From contig CBDFKD010000002.1 in NCBI GenBank assembly GCA_965248695.1, positions 448,001-512,000 on the forward strand: a stretch of DNA of 64,000 nt, read 5' to 3'. Within the stretch, counting starts at the first letter, position 1, and each line of letters begins with the position of its first letter. This document shows positions 37,894 through 49,200 of this stretch, piece after piece. Position numbers and translations under genes: made by a program. The notes beneath the pieces were generated by a model. It searched no databases. It was not told the origin of the DNA and saw only the letters and a program-made list of their open reading frames with translations. Origin of the DNA: Acidobacteriota bacterium (lineage in GTDB: Bacteria > Acidobacteriota > UBA890 > WLXD01).

Positions 37894-39324
37894 ATGGAGT
37901 TCATCACCGGGAAGCACCTCTCGCGTCGCTCGTTCATCCGTGGCACGGGTGTGAGCGTGGCGCTGCCGTTCCTCGACGCGATGGTGCCGGCCGGGCGGGT
38001 CTGGCGGGGCGGCGCCCGCGCGCCGGGCTTCACGCGTCTGGTGTGCATCGAGGAGTCGATGGGCGCGGCCGGCTGTAGTGACTGGGGCGCTGCCCGGCAC
38101 CTGTTCGCGCCGGCCCAGGTCGGGCGTGACTTCGAGTTCGTGACGGAAAGCCAGCTGCTACCGCTGGCGGACTTCCGTGACTACATGACGATCATCAGCA
38201 ACACCGACTGCCGGCCGGCCGAGGCGTTCCGGGCGGAGGAGATCGGCGGCGATCACGAGCGCTCCACGTCGGTCTTCCTGACCCAGGCCCACCCCAGGCA
38301 AACGCAGAGCTCGGACATTTTTCTCGGCACCTCGCTCGACCAGCTGCACGCGCAGCGGTTTGGGCGTGATACGGCGCTCGCGTCGCTCGAGCTCTGCATC
38401 GAGGGCATCGACCGTGGCGGCGGCTGCGCCTACAACTACCACTGCGCCTACACCGACTCGGTGTCGTGGGCTTCGCCCACCCAGCCGCTGCCGGCCATTC
38501 GAGAGCCTCGTGTGGTGTTCGAGCGGCTGTTCGGCACCGGCGACACCCCGGAGGACCGCGCCGCTCGCCGCCGCACCGACCGTAGCGTGATCGACTGGAT
38601 CGTCACCGAGGTGGCGCGATTCAAGCGCGACCTCGGAGCGGTGGATCGCGCCGCGCTGGAGCAGTACGTGGATCAAATCCGCGAGATCGAGCGTCGCATC
38701 CAGCTCGTCGAGGGACGCAACACGAGTGGCGAGGTGCGCGAGATGCCCGAGGCGCCTTCGGGTGTCCCCGACTCGTTCGAGGAGCACATGCAGCTGATGT
38801 TCGACCTGCAGGTGCTCGCGTTGCGCACCGACCTCACCCGCGTGATCAGCTTCAAGACCGGCTTCGATCAGTCCAATCGCACCTTTCCGGAGAGCGGCAC
38901 CACGAAGTCGATCCACGGGGTCTCGCATCACGGCAGTGTTGCCGCGGAGGTCATGGACTTCCACCGGATCAACAGGTACCGACTCAGCCAGCTGCGCTAC
39001 TTCCTCGAGAAGATGCGCGACACCGTCGACGGCGAGGCATCGCTGCTCGACAAGACCGCGATCGTCTGGGGGTCGGCGATGGCCGACGCCAACCTCCACA
39101 ACCATCGTCGGGCTCCTCTTCTGATCCTCGGGCGCGCCAATGGGGCTCTCGAAGGAGGCCTGCACGTGCGCGCACCGGAAGGCACGCCGATGGCGAACGC
39201 GTTGCTCGGCCTGATGCACAAGATCGGGCACGACGAGATGCAGACGTTCGGCGACAGCAACGGGGCGCTCTCGCTGGACTTCCCGCGCGGACCCACGGCT
39301 ACGAACAGGAGCGAGGCGGGATGA
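37894..39324 (+). CDS. DUF1552 (HXXSHH) family protein
   Basis: LSRRSFIRG Tat-like motif, LPFLDAM, HGVSHH. Confidence 0.9.
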   Translation: MEFITGKHLSRRSFIRGTGVSVALPFLDAMVPAGRVWRGGARAPGFTRLVCIEESMGAAGCSDWGAARHLFAPAQVGRDFEFVTESQLLPLADFRDYMTIISNTDCRPAEAFRAEEIGGDHERSTSVFLTQAHPRQTQSSDIFLGTSLDQLHAQRFGRDTALASLELCIEGIDRGGGCAYNYHCAYTDSVSWASPTQPLPAIREPRVVFERLFGTGDTPEDRAARRRTDRSVIDWIVTEVARFKRDLGAVDRAALEQYVDQIREIERRIQLVEGRNTSGEVREMPEAPSGVPDSFEEHMQLMFDLQVLALRTDLTRVISFKTGFDQSNRTFPESGTTKSIHGVSHHGSVAAEVMDFHRINRYRLSQLRYFLEKMRDTVDGEASLLDKTAIVWGSAMADANLHNHRRAPLLILGRANGALEGGLHVRAPEGTPMANALLGLMHKIGHDEMQTFGDSNGALSLDFPRGPTATNRSEAG

Positions 39325-41285
39325 GAGTGCACCCGGTCGCCCCACACAGGCTGCTGGCAATGGTCAGCCTGATAGCCCTTCTCTGCGGCGCAGCCTTCTC
39401 GCCCGACGCCCAACTCATCGATGCCGCGCGCCGCGGCGACGCCGAGGCCGTTCGTACGCTCCTCGATGCGGGCGCCGACGTGAACGCGGCGCAGGGCGAC
39501 GGCATGACCGCGCTCCACTGGGCCGCCGAGCGCGGCCACGCCGCGGTGGCCGAGCACCTGATCGCGGCATCTGCCGATGTCGGAGCGAAGACGCGCCTCG
39601 GCGGCCAAACGCCGCTGCACATGGCCAGCCGTGGCGGGCGCGGTGCGATCGTCCGCATGCTGCTGGAGGCCGGCAGCGACCCCGCCGCCGTCGCGACCAG
39701 TAGCGGCGCGACGCCGCTGCACCTGGCCGCCGCGGCGATCGACGGCACCGACGCGGTCGCCACGCTGCTGGCTCACGGTGCGAACCCCGACGTTCTGGAA
39801 TGGTCGGCGGGGCAGACCCCGCTGATGTTCGCCGCCGGAGCCGGTCGCGCCGGAGCCGTGCGCGAGCTCCTTGCGGCCGGCGCCGACCCCGGGCTCAGCA
39901 CTCGGGTCGTGGACGTTCTGCCGCAACTGGCGCTGGATCGCGAGGCCACACGCCGCCTCGACGAGATGGTCGGCGTATCACGGGCCGCCGAGGACGGCTA
40001 CGGCGAGGGAACGGCGAACGCCATGCCCGCGGCCGAGGAGCCGAGCGCCGCGCAGGTGCAGGCAGCCATTCTCGCGCAGCGCGAGTTTCTACGCTCCGAC
40101 TACGATGTCGGCGAAGTCGACCCCTACTCGCTGGCACGTATCCGCCCCGACTATCCGGACGGGCCCGACCTCGCGCGGCCTCCGTACCGGGAGACCCTGG
40201 TAGGGATGACCGGCGGCATGACGGCGCTCCTGCACGCCGCCCGAGAGGGACACATCGAAGCCGCCGTGGCGCTGCTCGATGGCGGCGCCGACGTCGACCA
40301 GGTGAGCGGCGGAGATCACACCAGCGCGCTGCTGATGGCGGCGCTCAACGGCCAGTTCGATCTCGCCCTGATTCTGCTGGAGGCGGGTGCGGATCCCGAC
40401 CTGGCGGCGTCTACCGATGGGGCCACACCGCTGTTCGCGGTGCTGCAGACACAGTGGGCTCCGAAGTCGAACTACCCCCAGCCGCGAGCTCAGGACGATC
40501 AGCGGTCGCAGCACATGGAAGTTCTGGAAGCACTGCTCGCAGCAGGCGCTAATCCCGACGTCCGGCTGAACACGCATCTGTGGTACTGGGAGTTCGGGCT
40601 CACCAAGATGGGGCTCGACCTGACCGGCGCGACGCCGTTCTGGCGGGCCGCCTTCGCCCAGGATCTCGACGCCATGAAGTTGCTCGCGGCGCACGGCGCA
40701 GATCCGAACATCCCGACTAGGTGGCCGGCGGTGGGAATGCGCGAGCGGCGACAGCAGGACGGGCGCCAGCAGGAGGACTCGCGCCTTCCCTACATCCCCG
40801 AGGGGGCGCCCAGCGCCTATCCGATCCACGCCGCAGCGGGGGGCGCGTATATCGGGCTCGGTGCCTTCAGCTTGCGCAGCGCACCCGACCAGTTCCTCCC
40901 TGCGGTCCAGTACCTGGTCGAAGAGCTCGGAGCCGACGTGAACCTCGCTGATTCATGGCTATACACGCCACTGCACTACGCGGCATCTCGCGGCGACAAC
41001 GAGCTCATCGAATACCTCGTGACGAAGGACGCCGACGTCACGGCGATCACGCGACTGGGCCAGTCAACGGCCGACATGGCGCGCGGCGGGCAAGGCGGGT
41101 TCTTCGTGCGCGTGGCATACCCGGAAACAGTGGAGCTGCTAACGAGCCTGGGCGCGACGCTCGAGTGCCTGAACACGCACTTCCTCGGCACGGGAGACGT
41201 CTGCGAAGGCGCCGGCGTCAACGATCCCTGGGCGCAGCCGGCGAACAGTCGTACGGCGACGTCGGGCACTCAGGAGAGACCATGA
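39321..41285 (+). CDS. Ankyrin-repeat protein
   Basis: Repeated GxTALHWAA/TPLH/TPLMFAA motifs; ATGA overlap with the DUF1552 gene. Confidence 0.92.
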   Translation: MRVHPVAPHRLLAMVSLIALLCGAAFSPDAQLIDAARRGDAEAVRTLLDAGADVNAAQGDGMTALHWAAERGHAAVAEHLIAASADVGAKTRLGGQTPLHMASRGGRGAIVRMLLEAGSDPAAVATSSGATPLHLAAAAIDGTDAVATLLAHGANPDVLEWSAGQTPLMFAAGAGRAGAVRELLAAGADPGLSTRVVDVLPQLALDREATRRLDEMVGVSRAAEDGYGEGTANAMPAAEEPSAAQVQAAILAQREFLRSDYDVGEVDPYSLARIRPDYPDGPDLARPPYRETLVGMTGGMTALLHAAREGHIEAAVALLDGGADVDQVSGGDHTSALLMAALNGQFDLALILLEAGADPDLAASTDGATPLFAVLQTQWAPKSNYPQPRAQDDQRSQHMEVLEALLAAGANPDVRLNTHLWYWEFGLTKMGLDLTGATPFWRAAFAQDLDAMKLLAAHGADPNIPTRWPAVGMRERRQQDGRQQEDSRLPYIPEGAPSAYPIHAAAGGAYIGLGAFSLRSAPDQFLPAVQYLVEELGADVNLADSWLYTPLHYAASRGDNELIEYLVTKDADVTAITRLGQSTADMARGGQGGFFVRVAYPETVELLTSLGATLECLNTHFLGTGDVCEGAGVNDPWAQPANSRTATSGTQERP

Positions 41286-41339
41286 GGGTGCCTGCCGTGG
41301 ACGGGGAGCTCCTGATGCAGTGGGGGGCGCTCGGAGACG

Positions 41340-41549
41340 GCCCTCCGGGGTAAGCGACGCGTCGCTCAGGGTGATGTGATCCGTTAGCTGGGCGATATCG
41401 AACCGGCGTCGCCCCTCGGGCGTGAGGTAGCCGCTGGGAATGTTGTCGCGCAGCCAGATCGACGGGAAGCGACTCTGCTTCGCTCCCCGGTCGATGACGC
41501 CTGGAAGCCGTCCTCGAGCCGGAAGAATGTATGCGGCGCGCTTGTTCAT
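41340..41549 (-). pseudogene. Fragment resembling a gamma-butyrobetaine dioxygenase N-terminal (DUF971-like) domain
   Basis: SRFPSIWLRDN..GRRRFDI; no catalytic domain follows. Confidence 0.45.
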
Positions 41550-41591
41550 ATCCTAGTATCGCGCACCAGGCCACTCGCTACGGGGCAGGGG

Positions 41592-43235
41592 ATGGCGAAT
41601 CTGCATACCAGATCCGGAACTCAGGTGGGATGGTGGAGCGGGCCCGCCGCGAGCGTGCACTCCGGTTCAGGCGACCTTTCCGAGGGCCTGGCCCGCATAG
41701 GCCGCCCCCTCTATCTGCTCGACTACGGCGACTCGCTCGCCTTCTCCCACGAGGGCCGGGGCGAGCTGGGCGTTGGCCACGGCGGGGACGGCGTTCCGCT
41801 CCTGGCCGTCGCGCCGGTATGCCGGCCGGGGCATCTCGGCTCCGCGAGCTTTGCCCGTGACCACGGCGTGCGCTACTGCTACCTGGCCGGGGCCATGGCC
41901 AACGGAATCGCCTCCGCGGAGCTGGTGGAGTCGATGGGCCGGGCGGGAATGCTCGCCTTCTTCGGCGCCGCGGGGCTCGATCCAGGAGCGGTCGAGGACG
42001 CCATCGATCGCATCTCTACGCGCCTCGGCAACCTGCCCTGGGGCTTCAATCTGATCCACAGCCCCTACGAGCAGCAGCTGGAGGAGGAGGTGGCCGACCT
42101 GTATGCGCGCAGGGGTGTCAAACGCGTGTCGGCCTCAGCGTACATGGACCTGACGCTGCCGCTGGTGCGCTACCGGCTGCACGGCATCCAGGCGGACGCA
42201 TCGGGCCGTGTGATGGCGCCGAATCGCATCGTGGCCAAGGTGTCGCGCATCGAAGTGGCGCGGAAGTTCCTCGCACCCGCCCCCGCCAAGATGGTAGCGG
42301 AGCTGGTCTCCCGAGGCGAACTGTCGGACGAGCAGGCTCGCATGGCCGAGTCCATTCCGGTGGCTCAGGACCTCACCGTCGAGGCGGACTCGGGCGGTCA
42401 CACCGACAACCAGTCCGCCATCACCCTCCTTCCCACGATGCTTGCTCTGCGCGATCGGCTACAGGCAGAGCACGGCTACACCGTTCCCTTGAGGGTGGGT
42501 GCCGCGGGAGGCATGTCGACGCCACATTCGGTGGCAGCGGCCTTCGCCATGGGAGCCGACTACGTCGTCACGGGATCGGTCAACCAGGCCTGTCGGGAAG
42601 CCGGGACCTCTGACCCGGTCCGACGCATGTTGGCGCAGGCGGAGCAGGCCGACGTCACCATGGCTCCCGCCGCCGACATGTTCGAGATGGGGGTCAGGTT
42701 GCAGGTGCTCAAGCGGGGGACGATGTTCCCAATGCGAGCACGGCGCCTATATGATCTGTACCGTGCCCATGCGGGGCTCGAGGACATTCCCGACGACGAA
42801 CGGAAGAACCTCGAAAGCACGATTTTCCGTACCTCATTGGATGAGGTTTGGGCTGAGACACGGCGCTTCTGGGCTCAGCGTGATTCGGCACACGTCGAGA
42901 GGGCCGGACGCGATCGGAAGCATCGGATGGCGCTGGTTTTTCGGTGGTACCTCGGCATGTCTTCCCGCTGGGCCAACAGCGGTGAGCCGGGCCGCGAGAT
43001 CGACTATCAGGTCTGGTGTGGACCGGCCATGGGTGCTTTCAACGAATGGGTTCGAGGCAGCTTTCTGGAGTCCTGGGAGGGTCGGCGCGTCGTCAACGTC
43101 GCCCATAACATGTTGTACGGGGCGGCGGTCATGACCAGGGCCAATGCTCTGCGAAGCCAGGGGATCGAGCTTCCCGCCGACAGTGTGGACGTCAGACCCC
43201 GGGAAGCTGACGAACTCGAGGAACTGCTGTCTTGA
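41592..43235 (+). CDS. pfaD: PfaD-type FMN-dependent enoyl reductase
   Basis: GAMANGIAS, EADSGGHTDN, MAPAADMFEMG, DYQVWCGPAMGAFN. Confidence 0.95.
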   Translation: MANLHTRSGTQVGWWSGPAASVHSGSGDLSEGLARIGRPLYLLDYGDSLAFSHEGRGELGVGHGGDGVPLLAVAPVCRPGHLGSASFARDHGVRYCYLAGAMANGIASAELVESMGRAGMLAFFGAAGLDPGAVEDAIDRISTRLGNLPWGFNLIHSPYEQQLEEEVADLYARRGVKRVSASAYMDLTLPLVRYRLHGIQADASGRVMAPNRIVAKVSRIEVARKFLAPAPAKMVAELVSRGELSDEQARMAESIPVAQDLTVEADSGGHTDNQSAITLLPTMLALRDRLQAEHGYTVPLRVGAAGGMSTPHSVAAAFAMGADYVVTGSVNQACREAGTSDPVRRMLAQAEQADVTMAPAADMFEMGVRLQVLKRGTMFPMRARRLYDLYRAHAGLEDIPDDERKNLESTIFRTSLDEVWAETRRFWAQRDSAHVERAGRDRKHRMALVFRWYLGMSSRWANSGEPGREIDYQVWCGPAMGAFNEWVRGSFLESWEGRRVVNVAHNMLYGAAVMTRANALRSQGIELPADSVDVRPREADELEELLS

Positions 43236-46200
43236 GCGATCGGAACGAAGATCGGGCCGCGGCCCAGTCCCCCATTGCCATCGTAGGCATCGCTTGCCTC
43301 TTCCCGCGAGCGGGCAGCCTGCAGGAGTACTGGGCGAACATACGCGACGGCTTCGACGCGATCACCGAGGTACCGGAAGGGCACTGGAAGCTCTCCGACT
43401 ACTTCGACGCCGATCCCAAGGCTCCGGACATGACCTACGGCCAACGGGGCGGGTTTCTCGATCCCGTCGACTTCGAACCGATGGCGTTCGGCATCTCCCC
43501 CCGTGATCTCGAGGCGACTGACACGACGCAGTTGCTGGGCCTGCACGTGGCCCGGGAGGCCCTGCGGGACGCGGGGTACGGCCCAGAGCACCGCGAGTTC
43601 GACCGCGACCGCACCAGCGTCATCCTGGGGGTGACCGGAACGCTGCCCCTGGTGATTCCCCTGGGAGGGCGCCTCGGCCACCCGATCTGGCGCCAGGCCC
43701 TGGAAGAGGCCGGAGTCGATCCGGAGACCAGCGAGGACGTGATCCGGCGTATCGCCGAGGGCTACGTGCCATGGCAGGAGAACTCCTTCCCGGGGCTCCT
43801 GGCCAACGTCGTGGCGGGGCGCATCGCCAATCGACTCGATCTGCACGGCACCAACTGCGTCGTCGACGCCGCTTGCGCCTCTTCGCTGAGCGCCATCCAC
43901 CTCGCGGCCCTCGAGCTCGAGGCCGGCCGGGCCGACATGGTCCTGAGCGGTGGACTCGACGCGTTCAACGACATCTTCATGTACATGTGCTTCTCCAAGA
44001 CGCCGGCGCTCTCGGCCTCGGGCAACGCACAGCCGTTCAACCAGGACGCCGACGGCACCGTTCTGGGCGAGGGCGTGGGCATCGTGGTGCTCAAGCGCCT
44101 GAGCGACGCGGAGCGGGACGACGATCGTATCTATGCGGTGATCAAGGGCCTGGGATCCTCCAGCGACGGCAAGGGGCAGGCGGTCTACTCGCCTTCCCCG
44201 GAGGGACAGGCGCGGGCGCTCCAGGCCGCCTACCGCAACGCCGGAGTCAGCCCGGCCACCGTCGAGCTGGTCGAGGCGCACGGAACCGGGACCCGCGTCG
44301 GAGACGCCACCGAGGCCACAGGCCTCACCACCGTCTACCGCGAGGCCGTCGAAGCGGGGACCTGGTGCGCACTCGGCTCGGTCAAGTCGATGATCGGCCA
44401 CACCAAGGCGGCGGCGGGGGCGGCGGGCCTGATCAAGGCGGTCATGGCGCTGCACCACAAGATCCTGCCGCCGACCATCAAGGTGGAGAGCCCCAACGAA
44501 GCAGTCGCTCCCGGTGAGACCCCGTTCTACGTGAACACCGAGGTGCGGCCTTGGCTGTCCAGGAGCGCTCACCCACGCCGAGCGGGCGTCAGCGCCTTCG
44601 GGTTCGGGGGGAGCAACTTCCACTGCGTGGTCGAGGAGTACGAGTCGCAGCTCGCACAGACGGACTGGGACGGCCACGTCCAGATCCTGGCGTTTTCCGC
44701 AGACGACCGTGCCGTCCTGACGAAACAGCTGCATGACTTCGATACGGAGTGTGCCTGGGACGAGATCCGCGGGGGAGCCGCCGAGAGCCGCGCCTGCTTC
44801 GACGCGGCCGCCGCCGTGCGTCTGCTCCTGGTCGTGGAACGCCACGGCACGCCCGTGGTCGACATGATCTCGATGGCCCTGTCGCAATTGAAGGACGAAC
44901 GGATGGCCTGGGCGATGCCGCAGGGCATCTACTTCGGAACGGGCCCCGCCAAGGGAACGTGGGCCGCCTGCTTCCCCGGCCAGGGCGCGCAGTACGTCGG
45001 AATGCTGCGGGAGCTGGTGTGCCGTTTCCCAGTGGCCGCCGACACGCTGACCGCCGCGATGGAGGTGACTCCCGAGCTGGCGGACAGGATCTACCCGCAC
45101 CCCGCCTTCGACGACCGCACACGCGCCGAACAGGAAGCGCAGCTACGGGAGACGCAGATCGCCCAACCGGCCATCGGCGCGGTGAGCCTGGGGGCGCTCG
45201 GAGTGCTCGAGCAGTTCGGGCTCTCCCCGGACGCCACCTGTGGGCACAGCTACGGCGAGTTGGTCGCGCTGTGCGCGGCGGGTCGAATGCGCCCCATGGA
45301 GCTGCACGTGGTCTCGCGGCGCCGGGGCGAGCTCATGGCCTCCGGCAACGGTGACCGAGGCTCGATGCTCGCGGTCGCCGCCGAGCTGACCTGGGTCGAG
45401 CAGTTCCTCAAAACCCACGACTTCGACCTGGTCGTCGCCAACCACAACGCGCCCCAGCAGGCGGTGCTCTCGGGGCTGACGTGCGACATCGAGCGGGCGC
45501 AGGATCTACTGTGCCGTGAAGAGGTCAACGTGAAGCGGCTCCCGGTGGCGGCCGCTTTCCACAGTAGCCTGGTGGCGCAAGCGGGAGCGCCCTTCGCCGA
45601 GAGCTTGATGAGTATCGAGCTACCCGGCGGCGCCGTGCCGGTATACGCGAGCGCCACGGGGACCGCGTACCCGGAGTGCTCGGCGGACGCCCGCGCGCTC
45701 TTGGCCAGCCAGCTGACCTCCCGGGTGGACTTCGTGCGATGCGTGAGATCGATGTTCGATGACGGCGTGCGCACCTTCGTGGAGGTAGGTCCCGGCCGCA
45801 GGCTGTGTGCCCTGATCGACGAGATCCTCGCGGACGAGGACGTCACCTCGGTGGCCATCGACGCCTCGGTCGGGCACCGAGCGGGATTCGTGGACTTGGG
45901 TCGCACGCTCGCACAGTTGGCCGCGAACGGGCACTCGGTTGCCTTGAACAGGTGGGATGAGTGCGCCTTGGAGGCGTGGCAGCGCAGGCTCGCTCTTGCC
46001 AAGCCGGCCATGACTGTGAGGATCAGCGGCGCCAACCACGTCGAGCCGCGGCCCAAGAGGTCCCCGCGGGCGGCGGCGCCCAGCGCATCATCGAGATGCA
46101 GGCCGGAGGCGGCATCATCATCGGCACCCGTTACCTCGGACCCGCAGGTGCTGGCCGCGGCCATGAACGCCAGCGCGGCGAGCCTCGCCGCGCTGGTTCG

Positions 46201-49200
46201 CTTGCAGGAGAAGACGGCCGAGGTGCACCGGCGGTTCCTGGAGTTCCAGGAGCGCTCGATCCAGGCGATCGTTGGCCAGCAGGGCTCCCCGGTGTCCGAG
46301 CAGAACCCGGCGCTGCCCCCCAGTGTGACGCCCCCGCCACCCCAGGTGGCGACTCCGTCACCGGGTCTGGCGACGACAGCAATACCTGCACCGCCGATAC
46401 CCGATCAGGCCGAGCAGGCTGACGACGTTGCCGCGGTGCTGCTCTCCGTGGTCTCCGAGACGACCGGCTACTCGGAGGAGATGCTCGAGTTGTCGATGGA
46501 CCTGGACGCTGACCTCGGCATCGACTCGATCAAGCGGGTCGAGATCCTGTCTGCCCTCCAGAAAAGGCTACCGGACGCCTCGAGCATCGAGCCCGAGCAC
46601 CTCGGCGAGATCCGAACGCTGGGTCAGATCGTCGAGTTCCTGGGCGCAAGCGCTGCGGCACCGGCCAACGAGGGGGTCGACGTCGGCGAGCTATCGCAGG
46701 TCCTGCTGAGCGTGGTTGCCGACAAGACCGGATACCCGGTGGACATGTTGGACCTGTCGATGAACCTGGACGCGGATCTGGGCATCGATTCCATCAAGCA
46801 GGTGGAGATTCTGGCGGGGCTGCAGGAGGCGCTGCCCGACGCTCCGGCGGTGGCGCCAGACCAATTGGGCGAGTTGCGCACGCTCGGCCAGATTGTTGAA
46901 GTGCTGTCAAACGGAGCGGGATCGTCCGGCGACACGAAGCGCGGCGCGTCTTCACGATCAGGTGCCTCCCGCGCGGAGGTTCTGACCAAACCGGCCGGCG
47001 CGATCGTCGCCGAGCCGGCGCGGGCAAAGCCGGTTACCGTACCCACCCCCGAGCAGGCTCCGCCGACCACGGTCGGCGTCGAGCGCCTGGTCCCGACGCT
47101 CCGGCCCGTGGATGCCCCCACCGAACCCATCGACCTGCCCGTCGGCTCCAGGATCTGGGTCACCAGGAGCGTCGACGTGCTCTCGGGGCAGATCGTCGAA
47201 GAGCTGAGCGCGCGGGGCTTTGCGGCCGAAGAGGTGGAGCTGGCCGAAGAGATGCACAACCCGCCCGATGAGCTGGCGGGCCTGATCGTCGTCGTTCCTC
47301 CTCAGGTCACGGACGAGGACATCCTCTTCGGCTTCGGACGCGTGCGCATGATGGCGCCGGTCCTGCGCCGTGCCGCAGTGCAGGGTGGAACCCTCCTGTG
47401 CACGGTGACCTGCCTGGGCGGCGGCTTCGCACTCGACGCCCCTCCGCCTGAAGACGTCGATCCTACGGGCGCGGGCTGGGGAGGAATGCTCAAGACTGCC
47501 GCGGTCGAGTGGACCGACGTCAACTGCAGGGCAGTCGACGTCGATCTGACGCGGGACGGCCTGGCGGCCGAGGTCGTGAAACACGTGCTGGCCAAGGGAC
47601 CAACGGAGATCGGCCTGGGAAGCCACGGGCCACGAACCGTGGTGCTGGAATCGCACCCCGTAGAGCCCGCTGAGCAGCCCGTCCTGGGTTCGGACGACCT
47701 GGTGGTGATCACGGGTGGAGCGCGCGGGGTGACCGCTGAAGTCGCCGTGGCGCTGGCCGAGGCCGGACAGCCCCGGCTCATCCTGCTGGGCCGCAGCGCG
47801 GAGCCGACCGTAGAGCCCGACTGGCTGGTCGGCCTCGAGAGCGAGCCAGAGATCAAGCGCGCCATCATGGAGCGTGCCGAAGGCGCCATCAGCCCCCAGT
47901 CGGTCGAGGCGGAGTTCGCCCGAGTATCGGCCAGCAGGGAGATCCTGCACAACGTTGCCCGCGTTGCCGCGGCCGGCTCCAAGGTCGCCTATTGCTCCGT
48001 GGACGTTCGCGAGACCGAAGCGGTGCGCGCGTGTCTCGCGCCGCTCGTCGAACAGTACGGCCCGGTCACCGGGCTGGTCCACGGCGCCGGGGTGCTCGCG
48101 GACCGCAACATCGAGGACAAGACCGACGAGGATTTCGCCTCGGTCTACGACACCAAGGTCGGGGGCTTGCGTGTCCTGCTCGCGGCGTTGGATGACGCCC
48201 CGCTGAAGGCATTGGTGCTGTTCTCGTCCTCCACAGCCCGCTTTGGGCGCCGAGGTCAGGTCGACTATGCCGCGGCCAACGAGGTGCTCAACAAGCTGGC
48301 CCAGGTCGAGGCCACGCGCCGCAACGGATGCCGAGTGGTCTCGGTCAACTGGGGTCCCTGGGACGGCGGCATGGTCACGCCGGCGCTCAAGAGCATGTTC
48401 GAGTCCGAGGGCATCGAGGTCATCGGGCTGCAGAGCGGTGCACGCTACCTCGTTGACGAGATCGCCGCCGCCGATGGGCCGACCGAGGTGCTGATCCTCG
48501 GCTCCGGATCGGAACTGCCCGACCAACGGCCGGCGGAGACGGTCGTCCCGGGCGCTGACGATGAGCTTCTGCTGGTCTTCGAGCGCACACTCGCCACGGA
48601 AACCCACGAGTTCATGGCCTCTCACGTCCTCAACGGGCATGCGGTCCTGCCGGTGGCCATGACGCTGGAGTGGCTCGCCCACGGCGCGCTGCACGGCAAT
48701 CCCGGGCTGTGCTTCGTCGGCGTGGACGACCTGAGGATTTTCAAGGGCGTGCTGCTCGAGCCCGGAGAGTCCCGCCGTGTGCGCGTGTGCGCGGCGCCCG
48801 CACGCAGCCAAGGAGACGACTTCCTGGTCACGGCCGAGCTCTGCAGCGGCGGCAGCCACCGGCGCCGCGTGCTGCACGCCCGAGCCCAGATCGTGCTGGC
48901 CTCTCGCCAACCCGATCCCGCCGCCGCCACCGCGTCGGCTGACCTGCCCGCGCTCGGGCAGTCCATCGACAACATCTATTCCGAGACGCTGTTCCACGGG
49001 CCGGCCATGCGCGGGCTGATCGACGTCGAGAGCTGTGGAGACGAGGGCCTGGTCGCCCGCTGCCGCGTCGCGCCCCCACCCCGCGACTGGATGCACGAGC
49101 CGGTACGCGGCCGCTGGATCGCCGATCCGCTCGTGCTCGACAGCGCTCTTCAGGCAATGATCGTGTGGACGTCGGACCGGGTCGGAGAGGCGTCCCTGCC

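Noticed and set aside
35415-43235. DUF1592-DUF1552-ankyrin genes as part of the pfa-ole cluster
   Set aside because: Separated by about 300 bp containing an antisense gene relic; no evidence of linkage beyond adjacency.
46430-46910. Internal DNA repeat in pfaA
   Set aside because: Explained by the tandem ACP domains.
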